In this document: positions 1-13,712 of the stretch, one piece after another
Position numbering within the stretch: the first letter of the stretch is position 1
How the letters are laid out: each line of letters begins with the position of its first letter
DNA from: Bugula neritina
Taxonomy: Eukaryota; Animalia; Bryozoa
Assembly (NCBI GenBank): GCA_964035545.1
Contig: OZ037766.1
Location: 1,612,001 to 1,676,000 of the forward strand
Reading direction: 5' to 3'
DNA length: 64,000 nt
The notes under the pieces: model-generated
What the model was told of the DNA's origin: nothing
Databases searched by the model: none
The model's input: only the letters and a program-made list of their open reading frames with translations
Translations under genes and position numbers: made by a program

Positions 1-39
1 ATAAGCCACCGGAGGTGTCTTTCTCTAAATTGGGGAGGA

Positions 40-726
40 TGCTATAGATGTATTCAAGTATTATTTCATACTTGACATTTTGTATGCTATACCACTACAA
101 TATAATATACTACAGATATAGCATCCTGCTTCCCTGCAACCTTAGTTAGAGCTTAATATTGTTTTGTATTGAATACTTCCATGTATTCTATCTTTTCCCC
201 ATTTATAATATATCTTTTCTTCCATACATAGTGTATGCCTACTATATAGAATAGCAGTAACATTAAATAGACACACACTTACAAGGTTATACACCATGAT
301 ACAGGACATACAACTAATTATTGGAGATGGTACAACATTAGCCCTAAAAGTATACTTCCACATATATGATGTTTCGCAACAGGACTTCTAGCCTAAGGAT
401 TATAGCACTTCGCTCTTTAGCTATAAGATACTTATCACTTTCGTACCCTTACCTTTTATGTTGAGTGACGGAGCTCTGGCTACAAGAAGTAAGCAGTGAG
501 AGAACCTTCTATCTAAACGTGGCAGCTTTGGTACAGGATTCCAGATCTCTTGTACACTAGAGTCCGTCGTAAGCAGATGTGACTGAAGAGAAGAATAATA
601 CCGGTAAGTGTGATACCAACTATCAACGCGTTATAGTTATACACATGTAGAATATTCTAATTGTATGCATACCCTGTGTTATATTAGGTACTTAGTAGTT
701 GAAAACCCCCAGTACTCAATATAACA
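40..726 (+). mobile_element. Probable LTR (3' LTR of an LTR retrotransposon extending left of the window)
   Basis: Purine-rich tract AAATTGGGGAGGA (27-39) immediately followed by TG (TGCTATAG); segment ends ATATAACA at 726 (its reverse complement TGTTATAT matches the start at 6/8). No pol sequence or partner LTR visible. Confidence 0.4.
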
Positions 727-729
727 ATG

Positions 730-1921
<1,192 letters not shown>

Positions 1922-3964
1922 GCCAAATATTTACTACAAAATTCAAAAATAGCATAAATTAAGTAGTATTAACGTGCCTATTTGCATCCAATTAACTAGT
2001 CTTACATTTATAGCAACTGTAGCGTATTTTGTGTATAATGGTTATTGCAGGCATTATTCAATTCATATTCACATTGTAATCACAGCGAAGCTTTAACTTT
2101 ATAGCTTTGTATTTATGTGCATGATTGAGTTTTAATTTTTCTTTTAATTTTATGTGCATTAAAAATGTGTTTAAAAACTTTACCAATAAACAAAATTAAA
2201 AAAAATGTACACATAAAATAGAAAAAAAATAAAATAACAAAAGTGGCAAAATTTTTCCTTTATAACTTATATAAACTCGCGGTACCAATCTCGGCATAAT
2301 GGCGCCCATATGATTCCGTAAGATTTGCTAATGGCAACACTCTTAATATACCACACTGGATTATTGTTCTAATCTTATATTCATATAATTGTATATATTC
2401 ACACGCTTGTCAGCTCACACCAGATTTTTGACATGTATGCCAACTTTCTTTGAAAGCATTGTTTAAAATTGAAATATACATTACCTACAAGATAAACCTG
2501 AGTTTACAGCATGCCAATCTATAATAATTAGGTATTTGCATTTCTGAAAATCCTATGAAATACCTATACTTTATGTTACAAGCTTTCACCATTATAATAG
2601 TAATGTTAGTGATTATTATAAACTGGTCATGTATTTTAACACTGAGTTTTTCTTGGAAACATTTGAAATTTAATAAGGCTTGACTTTTATTGCAACTTGG
2701 ACAAAGAAATGGAAAAAATGCACTCAAAGCAAACAAGCATTTAATTACCTTAATATTGCTATGTACAAAGGATACTAATTCAACTGGTATCACACTTTTT
2801 TATTTGAGTAATAGACTTTGTTTATTTTGTTTTGCCACATAAAAATGGTACTAATATAACAGTAACAACAGCGATAATTTAATGCAAAGAGAGCATAAAC
2901 TATAAAATATACTTATATGGGGACAGTGAACATGTAGTGACATTTATATATATTGAATGATATTGAATAGCTATAGATTTGTAATATTTTATTTGTAGGG
3001 GGGGGGGGGGGGGGGGAGAGATAGCCAGTCTTTCTTGTTCTCATCTACTCCTTGACACATTTTATCCCTATATGCAGTATTAAAACACTTAAATACATCA
3101 TTTATGCAGCCTGTATTGAATTGTGCCGGATTGTATGCTCAATTAAACAATTTGGTTTTATAATAACTGTGTGCAAACATGTTTTAAATTAATTTAGGAT
3201 TTCTGATTGCTTGCTGATGAATTTTCATGTTGGCTCTATAATTAAGTCTGCAGTATTATAAAACTAACAGTAATTATTGCTGACGTTTATTGATGCTATT
3301 TTTAGCTGCTGCAACAAATACAGAGCTAGCTTGAAAGTTTAAACTTAAGGTGTGTCAGGAACTCTTTAAGTGCTTAAATTATGTAACTATTATGTAAAGT
3401 GCCTTCATATTATAATGTAACAGTTCAAATTTATAATAATAGAACCATCATTATTATGTAGCTGATTTAAATGCAGTGCTATGTAACTGTTTTTAAGTTG
3501 TTTACCTATTTATACTGGCTTAGATAAGGAGTCACATCTGCCCCGCCCCCCCCCCCCTCCCTCCAAAAGCCTGCAACTAAGCTGTAAATTCTGTAGAACT
3601 GTTTACATTTTACTGGTGTATTTTATATTAAAAACATCTTCTACACTTCCAATATAGCATCTCTAGATTTAGGTAGACACTTTATAATTACAGGAGTTGC
3701 GATTCCATTAAGTGGCTTGGAGCCTGCACTTCACAGTAGAAAGCAATAACAATATGCTCCTATTTTCAATGAATGAATTGATTAGGTGGATTAGATTTGC
3801 AGGCATAATTAATTACAAAAAATCAGCAAGTGTGTCTTTTAAAAAAACATTTCATTGTCATAAACAGCATAGCAAGAAAACCAAACAAGATATAATGTTG
3901 CACATAGTTATATTATTATTACTATACGTAGGGGTAACTTTAGGAATTATATCATAAGCATTGC

Positions 3965-4570
3965 TATAGAGTATAGACTATAGACTATAGAGTATAGAAT
4001 ATAGACTATAGAGTATAGAGTATAGAATATAGAGTATAGAGTATAGAGTATAGAGTATAGAGTATAGAATATAGAGTATAGAGTATAGAGTATAGAGTAT
4101 AGAGTATAGAGTATAGAGTATATAGTATAGAGTATAGAATATAGAGTATAGAGTATAGAGTATAGAGTATAGAGTATAGAGTATAGAGTATAGAGTATAG
4201 AGTATAGAGTATAGAGTATAGACTATAGACTATAGAGTATAGACTATAGAGTATAGAGTATAGAGTATAGAGTATAGAGTATAGAGTATAGAGTATAGAA
4301 TATAGAGTATAGAGTATAGAGTATAGAGTATAGAATATAGAGTATAGAGTATAGAGTATAGAGTATAGACTATAGAGTATAGAGTATAGAGTATAGACTA
4401 TAGAGTATAGAGTATAGAGTATAGAGTATAGACTATAGAGTATAGAGTATAGAGTATAGACTATAGAGTATAGAGTATAGAATATAGAGTATAGAGTATA
4501 GAATATAGACTATAGAGTATAGAATATAGACTATAGAGTATAGACTATAGAGTATAGAGTATAGAATATA
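3965..4570. repeat. 7-bp tandem repeat (TATAGAG)n with C/A variants
   Basis: Direct: about 600 bp of TATAGAG/TATAGAC/TATAGAA units, beginning about 45 bp downstream of the stop codon of the minus-strand Ig gene. Confidence 0.95.
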
Positions 4571-4615
4571 AGCTAGATGTGTGGGTGCCAAGTCTACCCT
4601 GACCCCTGGTCTGTC

Positions 4616-7600
4616 TCACACAAATAGAAAGGTCACCCAGGCTAGTGAGGTCAGTAGCATTACCATCTCTACCAAACTTTTCTTAGCAGCAGCTGAAAGT
4701 AGAGTATCATGAGAATTCATTGTAAAAACAAAATATATGCTGTAGGGGAGATAGCCCATTTTACAGATAACAAATATTCCTGCGAAAATACTAGTTTAGC
4801 TGGTAAAAATACCTACTATATAAAGAACACTAGTTACTTGAATATGTACACTAGCTACTTAAATATGTACACTAGTTACTTAAATATGTACACTAGTTAC
4901 TTAAATATGTACACTAGCTACTTAAATATGTACACTAGTTACTTAAATATGTACACTAGTTACTTGAATATGTACACTAGCTACTTAAATATGTACACTA
5001 GTTACTTAAATATGTACACTAGTTACTTAAATATGTACACTAGTTACTTAAATATGTACACTAGCTACTTAAATATGTACACTAGCTACTTAAATATGTA
5101 CACTAGTTACTTAAATATGTACACTAGCTACTTAAATATGTACACTAGTTACTTAAATATGTACACTAGTTACTTGAATATGTACACTAGCTACTTAAAT
5201 ATGTACACTAGTTACTTAAATATGTACACTAGTTACTTAAATATGTACACTAGTTACTTGAATATGTACACTAGTTACTTGAATATGTACACTAGTTACT
5301 TAAATATGTACACTAGCTACTTAAATATGTACACTAGTTACTTGAATAATATGTACACTATAGACACTAGTTACTTACTGTTGATGTTGAAGGACGCTGT
5401 CGCTGCCGCTCTATAGGTATACAAATCAGCTACACACATGACTTCACTTCTTTTCTTTGTGTCTTCGGCACTAGGTGTAAAGGGTAGAGTGCTGGTGACA
5501 TCACTGTATCCTGTAACTGTATAAACACAATATATCACATCCTACTGTATAAACACAATATATCCCAGTAGAGCAAGGCCTACTGTATAAACACAATAAA
5601 TCACGGTAAACCATAGCTTATTGTATAAAACTTGTAGAGTAAGGCCTACCTACTGTATAAACACACACAAAAAAAATCACAATTTCAATATCAGTATTTT
5701 TTTTTATAAATTTATGTGTATCTCATGAATGCCCACATCACTAAGGTAACTAACTTTAGATTTATATAAATAATCAATAATGAACCCTCCATCTCAGCAA
5801 TAATTGATTTGACTTGACTTTATATTTGCAATTTCCAGCTACCTACTATATTTAAACTCAAACCAAGAATGGATCAGCACTACTCTCTAGTCTGAAAAAG
5901 TTTTTACAAAAACCATCATAAATTCCAGAATATTTTATCTCAGACGTGAGCCAATAGAAACACTCACCATATGAGCTGCTGTTGTGATATGTGTAGCTGA
6001 TCCCGGCATTGCTGAGTTCCACTCCATCCTTGTAATATCTGTGGGTGGCGGGAGGGTAGCTGTTCGTAGTCTTACATCTTAGCTTATATTCTTGGTTAGC
6101 AGAGACGGCCCCGGCTTTGTTTACACTGTGCTCCCAGTCTAAGGTTATATCCTCAGGCTTGTCTACACACAAGGAAACTATCTTTAGAGATGCTTGGTAA
6201 AATATACACTGATTTTACACATTTAAGGGTCAACATCGCTGTCTACCTAGTCTACCAATACTACCATAGCTAGTTTACCAATACATTTCCTTCATCAGTA
6301 TTTTGTCAATACTTTATTGTACAGAAACATTCTGAACAATTTTACAATGTTTCATAATATGTATATAAATATTATAATAGTTTAATATCATTATAATCTA
6401 GATTAGGATCTGTCTATTTATAACACATGCAAGTGGGTTTATAGCTACTTTATTATATTGCCTAGATTACGCATTGTAGCAGTTTAGTTAAAAACTTGCA
6501 TGCATGGACCTTTGTCTAAAATTAAGAAACAATCTTCTAGAATAAAGAAACTCACCATAAACAAATACCCTGGCAGCTTTTTTAGTGCTGCCGGCCTCGC
6601 ACTGAAAGACAGCGTCATCTAAGACGGTGGCGTTCTTGACAACGAGGTCGTAGAATGAGTTCTCATCCGTGTCAAGGTCATATAGATCCGGGTGCTTCTT
6701 TATCTTGTCAATAGCCAATAGCGACGGACTCGTCGCACCTTCTGTTACCTGGTGACACCAGTTGCATAGCAACAAACACTGGCAGTTATTAGCAGCAGTA
6801 GTTGTATGTCTCATTAGCTTTACTAGCAAATTATATAGAAATGTTTTGACTTAATACCATTATACAAATAGTTAATTTGTGGTTTAGTTTAACGTCTGAT
6901 TAATGTTCTGAGAGTACAAATGATATGTTTATTTTTTAACTACTCAAAAACTATTTCTTTTAATAGAGAAATAATTTTCTTAATATAAAAATCTGTCCTA
7001 AACAAACAACACCTATGTAAGCAGCAACTGCGTAGTTGATAATGATAATATTTATTATAATGTTATAAGGCACATTCCACATATAGCAATTATGCAAATA
7101 TATTATTATGTTGTTATATGTTTCATCTTTTAAGTTATAAATTTTATATCGGTAAATAGTATAGTATAGTATAGTATAGTTAGCAAATTAATGTATATTG
7201 AAAATCAAACTATAGTAACTAAGAATGGGTTTTAGAATTAAACAAAGTTGCCTGCTATATAAGAATATCAACCTTTTTGTATTAGCTACCTTGAATGTAG
7301 AAATCATTTGCATTATCTATACGTAACATGATACATCTATTTAATCTATAATTTTCTATAAACCATGCTATAAAATTTCTATAGTATTATAGTTGTTGAG
7401 ACTTACTCGATGCCAAATCACAGAGTCGGCAGCACTCTTCTCTACCACCACGCATTTGAGTTTGAACTTTGACCCAACTTCCTGTGTGGTCTCAGTGGGA
7501 CCCGTATAGATTTTGACACTTTGACACACTGCAACATGTTGTTTTTAGCTAACATCTGTTATATTATGTAATTGTAAAATATAAATTGATAATATATAAA

Positions 7601-7807
7601 ATAGTAATATTCGCTTACAAGTATATCAGAAAAATAGATATATGATATATATTTTTATTTTTATTTTAAAAGTGTTAAGTGTTCAACCAATTTTTGGGAA
7701 TAGAATTTTCAGATTTATAGGCTAGCTTATTATCATATTCAATATGACTTACCCCACACTCCAAACACTACAAAAATAAATCCCAATATCAATCTCTGTT
7801 TAAACAT
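4616..7807 (-). CDS. Two-Ig-domain cell-surface protein with signal peptide and probable GPI signal (paralog A), about 257 aa, 6 exons
   Basis: Exons (minus): 7807-7753, 7528-7407, 6748-6556, 6162-5968, 5510-5379, 4692-4616; all GT-AG with frame preserved. Signal MFKQRLILGFIFVVFGVW; Ig1 KFKLKC...VIW...DDAVFQC; Ig2 YKLRCKTTNSYPPA...YKDG...EVMC; hydrophobic C-terminus TAAKKSLVEMVMLLTSLAWVTFLFV* with no cytoplasmic tail. Confidence 0.8.
4828..5376. repeat. 21-bp minisatellite (ACACTAGTTACTTAAATATGT) about 25 copies, in the last intron of Ig paralog A
   Basis: Direct; accounts for the spurious (YTSYLNM)n ORF 4709-5416; abuts the exon-5 donor at 5378. Confidence 0.95.
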
Positions 7808-9971
7808 TTTTATCAAATATAATTCAAACAGTTGAATGAATATCGACATCAGCATGCATATAACTGACACTGAAAAGTGTTACATTTGATTATTGAGATA
7901 AAACTATTATTAGCAGTCACATGACATTGAGGGTGTGCGAGTATGAGTAACAAGTGAATGGTGTCAGCAAGTGCACTTAGTATTTTATATAACCTATAAT
8001 ATTTTCCATCACGACATTGCATCAACCGTTACCATAATTACAATAATTAACTGTATTAGAGTTATCCTCTCTCCTTTATTAGCCGCTGACTATTACCTTC
8101 ACTGATGATATAAACTGAGTCATTATTTAAAACTAATTACTGATAAGTTTTTCTGTCATTAAAATAAGTCATTACTTTGTGTAAATTATGTAATACAGTT
8201 TACTGCTGACTCATGATAACGCTGACACTGCCATGGAGGAGGAATTATTGAGTTTATTAGTCTTTGATTTACCAAGGCATTCAATGCATGTCTGGCATGG
8301 CATACTGAATGCAGTGCTTTTAATAAAAAAGTATTTAAATAGAATGATTTGTGATATAATAAATTAGAAATTTATTTAAAGTTTACTTAAAGTTTAAAAG
8401 ATTATTTTCCTGCAATTAGGTTTTAATATTATTAAAAAAAACAATATAACTCAACCACATTAAATATTTGAATGCTAAAAACTTATTTTAATTTATAGCA
8501 TCAAGTCTGCTTGAAATTTCCATCTCTATAAGAAACCTTCATGCATTTGACCATGCATTGCTGACAACATGTGGAAGAGGTCTTCATGCTGACAGTATGG
8601 TTTGGAGCCCTTCAAATCAACACAAGAGTAATTGTGACCAGATTATCTCCCTGACACCATCAATAGCTCTGCTAAAACTGAACCCATACACCTAATTTAT
8701 AATGGTTTTATAGGTCACACCTGCTTTTGTTAATTCAAGTAAAACATTTAGATAAATTTAAATATACATGGTTTTTAGAAGTTGGTTTAAAAATTGAACA
8801 ATCATTAGTGAAAATATAATTTCTTGCATGTTCTAGTTTCAAAGTGAACCAAACTTACATTTTATAGGCGTTTAGCATGAAACTGTATGTATGAAGAGTT
8901 TACTTAAAAATATATAATAATTTGAATAGTTATATAAATGATGCAAATACACACAGCAATTCTAGCATATAATTCACAAGATATTGAGACAAAAAAGGAG
9001 AATCTTGTTAACAAATTAATTTAATATACGGACTTCCCAAGTTGAAAACAAGTCTCAACTCTTATATATATTATAACATATAATTTTATAAAGTTGAAAT
9101 ATCCTTGTAAAGTCACAATAAAGTTACCATAGCTTCATGTAATAAAACCGTACATAATTCATTTAAAATATATGTATAATAATTATGATTTTCTGTAGCA
9201 GCTGCTCTATTGATATTATTAATAATATTATTATTACGCGTTCATTGCTTGTTTTTGCACTTACATAAGTACCTGAATATCCTACAATTGAATTAAAGAA
9301 AATTATTTTCAGAAAGTTTTTATTTTTCTATAACTTCACACCCATTGTTTATACTTTCATCATGTTAAAGGACTTATTACCTAGCACCTAGTACTTCTAC
9401 CAGTTTTACCTGCAAACTAGTTCATCAGAATTTAAATACAGATAACTTTTTATGAAAAGTTATCATTTATTCATCATATAATCGCTACAACATATACTTT
9501 ACATATATTATGAAGGTTATACGATAATACCTAGACAGCATTTATAGTGTTAGTTCCACTCGGTTGGGAAAAGCTTGCTTGATGTTGACAGGAAGTCTAA
9601 GAGACAGTTGGAGGTTAGCCAACAATGAAGGAAAATAAACAGAATAGGGGCTAGAAAAGCTGGCCAGCCATCATATTAATAACATCATGAAAGTTTTGAG
9701 CCTCAATGCAGTCAGGTATAACTATAGATTCATAAACAATTGCAACAATACATGTAAACTATATCAAGCTAAATTTTGCCTGTTGAGTATATATTATGTA
9801 GGTGACATCTAATCAAGCTAATATTACTTTATATGTATCATAATTATAGTTATTAAAACCTATAGATGGAATAGATTAGTTAGATTTGTGGTGCAACAGG
9901 TAAAAGGTGTAACAAATGATGACGTTGTGTGCATGACTAGGCTTTTCCGGAGCTAAAAATATAGTGGGTGG

Positions 9972-10039
9972 CAGCTCTTACTAACTATCCAATCACATGA
10001 CAGCTCTCACTAACTGTCCAATCACATGACAGCTCTGAC
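9972..10039 (+). promoter_or_regulatory. 29-bp tandem duplication carrying CCAAT boxes and CACATG, upstream of Ig paralog B
   Basis: CAGCTCT(T/C)ACTAACT(A/G)TCCAATCACATGA at 9972 and 10001, partial third copy at 10030; CCAAT at 9989 and 10018; about 170-220 bp before the ATG at 10196. Confidence 0.4.
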
Positions 10040-10195
10040 TAGCCACTCAGCCATAAATTAGACAGCTGAAAGAGGTAATTACAGAGACAAGGAGTAGTAT
10101 TTAAGGATTGGGTTGACCATTCAACTTCATTCAGCACAAAGTGACCAACATTGTACAGTGTTCTATTACAACAGAGTATACCAACTCAAGTCAAC

Positions 10196-13165
10196 ATGTT
10201 TAGAGTTATCCTCTCTCTCACAGCTCTGGTTTATGGAGTATTGTGTAAGTACAGCATTGGTTTTGCCATGGGAAAACTGTTCGTTGTAGTTTATAAATGA
10301 TTATATGTTTCATTGTGAATAAGATCTTTTTCGAAATAGAGTTGGTTAAATTAAAATATCTTTATTTTATGTTGATTGAATCCCTGCTGCCATAGTTCTG
10401 GTTGTAGATATAATATTAAATTCAATGTACAAAGAGAAGACATTGTACGTCTGCTATAAAATTGAGATTAGTTTGTATTTGTATTGCGTAGATTGAACTA
10501 TAATATAACCTAATTTTTGAAAAAAAATGAGACATGTACAATAGCCTATCATTAAAGCTAGTAGATTATTGAAAAGATAAGCACAGTTTGGTATCAAGAA
10601 TTATTTCACTCTGACTATAGGAGTTGTCTTTCTCTTACAGCTATCTCCATAACAACTGGCCCATCAGACACAGCTCAAACTGTCGGATCAAAGTTCACAC
10701 TGAAGTGTACTGTTGCAGGACGCACAGATAGTGACGCTGTTATCTGGCGAATGGTAATTGCAGTAACCATCCTATGTTTAATCTAAATGATAATAAGAAT
10801 TATGGAACTTTCATACACGTTACAATTATATGTGGCATGGAACTTCATAAACTGACTTTGAATATTATAGACTCATGTAACCATTCCTTGCATATATAAC
10901 TACCTGTTTACTTTATTACCACAATGCATGCAGTAGAGTTGTCTTCTTTTACAGTACAACAAAACCTCGGGAATTCCCCAGACACTTACACTGGATACGA
11001 TAGAGAAGAACCCTGACCAGTATACTTTAGAAACAGGAGGTTATAATCTGATAGTGAAGAAGGCTACGACTGATGACGATACGGTGTTTGAATGCGAGGC
11101 AGGAGAGTCAAAGGCAGCGAGAGTGTACATCTACGGTTAGTGCACTTACATCTTACATCTACTGTAAATATACTTACATCTCACATCTACGGTAAGTGCA
11201 CTAATATTATATACGATTGTGTTGGCACTTGTGTAACTACACTTCCAAGATTATTATAGTCAATGGGAGGTAATTCCAATTAGTTCTGAAAGCTAGGAAA
11301 AAGTCATTATGCCCAAAACTTGGTGTAACTGTAAGGTGTGGGTTAGATGTATTTTATATAAAGTTCAATTGATGAAGTAGATAAATTGAATTGCCAATTA
11401 TACCAGCTTCCACATGCATAATATAATATATCACTGTTTTCACTCATAGTAAAGAATAATATCAGTTTACAGTTTGCATCATAACATTGTTTAAAACCAC
11501 CAAAACTCTTATAGCACTTTTTTTACCCGTAAACTATACTAAATCTTTTTATCAAAAAATTATGATGCTCTAAATTTTAGGTCACATAAACTAAAAAAAC
11601 AATTACACATTCTTGCTAATTATCACCATATTTTTATAATTTCTTTGGTATATGAAAATATACGGGCAGATGACTTTTGTTCTTTTTAATGAGCTTTAAT
11701 CTACGAAACTTCCAAGATTAACTTCCATAGAAATATCCGTTATTACCAGTAGTTATGTTATATGTTATAGATGATCCAGACAGCATTACCTTAGACTGGG
11801 AGCACAGTGTAAACAAAGCTGGGGCCGTATCTGCTAACCAAGAATATAAGCTAAGATGTAAGACTACGAACAGCTACCCTCCCGCCACCCACAGATATTA
11901 CAAGGATGGAGTGGAACTCAGCAATCAGACTATAGTTTATACTTACAACAATAACACTGAAACAGGTGCACTATATGTATATGTCATGTAACTATATACT
12001 AGAGTATTTCACTGTAACTTCATACTAGAGCATTTCACTGTAACTGCATACTAGAGTATTTCACTGTAACTGTATATACTAGAGTATTTCACTGTAACTG
12101 TATATACTAGAGTATTTCACTTTAACTGTATATACTAGAGTATTTCACTGTAACTGTATATACTAGAGTATTTCACTGTAACTGTATATACTAGAGTATT
12201 TCACTGTAACTGTATACTAGAGTATTTCACTGTAACTTCATACTAGAGTATTTCACTGTAACTGCATATACTAGAGTATTTCACTGTAACTGTATATACT
12301 AGAGTATTTCATTGTAACTGTATATACTAGAGTATTTCACTGTAACGAATATCATACATTACATTTTTATATGTATAATAGGAGATACAGCAATTTATTT
12401 TTTTCATTCCTTTTAGACCACATAGTTGGTTATAGTAATAGGGTGATGGCATTTCACATTTGGTTCAATGTTAAGGCTATAAGTTATATAGTTGCCTGCT
12501 TTCCCATTTTTATTTTTTTGCAAAAATTTGAGAAATGGTGACATTTTGCATTACCATTTAACAAAAGCAACAATGTTTGAATATACATTATATATGTACT
12601 GTGTGCATGTAATATATACCAACTAACTACTTTTAAAGCAAAATGTTCCACCATTTAGCTTTTGAATTTTAATATTGATGTAACTCATATTATAGCAATT
12701 ATTTAGACTTATAGCACATACCATATACATAGAGTATCTAGATTATAGCGTATCACATAATTTGTTACAGGGTATGGAGATGTGACCAGCTTTATGCCAT
12801 TTACTCCAACCAGCTCAGACGTAGACGGAAATATCAACGTGAGATGTGAGGCAGATTTGTACATCAAGAAGAATGTCATGTCCGTTTCTTTTGGAATCAA
12901 TGGTATGCATTCAGCGATTGGCTAATGTTCTCTAATCTGTAACATTATTGGCTAATTGTCATTTTGACTAATTGACTCCAATCTGAACTTTTAACATCAA
13001 GCTTGCAGGCTTGAATTAGTGAAACGCTCTAGACTGCATGTAAACCTGGTAAAGCTGCTTCACAATGATCATTGTGCAAATATTTCAGGTTCACCAAAGA
13101 CCCACACTCTAGGACTTGGAGCTCTGCTTGCCATGGTAGCCAGCTTTCTTATCTCTCAACACTAA
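10196..13165 (+). CDS. Two-Ig-domain cell-surface protein with signal peptide and probable GPI signal (paralog B), about 248 aa, 6 exons
   Basis: Exons: 10196-10244, 10641-10753, 10955-11135, 11771-11965, 12771-12902, 13089-13165. Same intron phases as paralog A and the same exon 4/5/6 lengths (195/132/77). MFRVILSLTALVYGVLS; KFTLKC...VIW...DDTVFEC; YKLRC...SYPPA...INVRC; C-terminus NGSPKTHTLGLGALLAMVASFLISQH*. Confidence 0.82.
11987..12347. repeat. 26-28-bp minisatellite (TACTAGAGTATTTCACTGTAACTGTATA) about 13 copies, intron 4 of Ig paralog B
   Basis: Direct; begins about 20 bp after the donor at 11966. Confidence 0.93.
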
Positions 13166-13712
13166 AGAGCCAGAAGACGCAATAATCACATTTATATTAC
13201 ACTGCTTAATGTTCTTTTTTCATAGAATTAATTATTTTACTGTTCTGAAGCTAATATAACATAAATTTATTGATAATTTTCAAAAGGCTTTACTAAGGTG
13301 CTGTCTACTTTTATTATATATATAGTGATCACATATATGCTGCATTGAAACTTAGGGCTTGACTTAGGAGTGGTACAACTTCATTATGACAGCCATAAGT
13401 TTAATTGCAAGCAACTTTCGAAAACATTCATTTATTGCAAATTATTTTAAATACTTTTCACAAAACAGATGATGTTTATGATGACATTGTACGTATGTAG
13501 TTTAATACCTGCTCTGTAAAAATAAATTCTTCATATACCCGTATGTTATGACTTGTGGTACTATTTTGCAATCACATTTTGCTTAAATTACTGAAATTGC
13601 GAAGCGGGTGACCAAGCCTAACAGAAATATATCACAGAAATACACACAATTCTTTCCACAATTAACAATAAAGCACATGCAAATAAGTGACTTAAATACC
13701 ATGCCTGCCTAG

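Noticed and set aside
561-609. Exon-like segment ending CCG|GTAAGT
   Set aside because: Stops in all three frames from the nearest AG; lies within the candidate LTR.
3640-3723. Alternative last exon for Ig paralog A (SSKPLNGIATPV...)
   Set aside because: Weak acceptor and no hydrophobic tail; 4692-4616 matches paralog B exon 6 in length (77 nt) and character.
4709-5416. 235-aa (YTSYLNM)n ORF
   Set aside because: Product of the 21-bp repeat lying in an intron of the minus-strand Ig gene.
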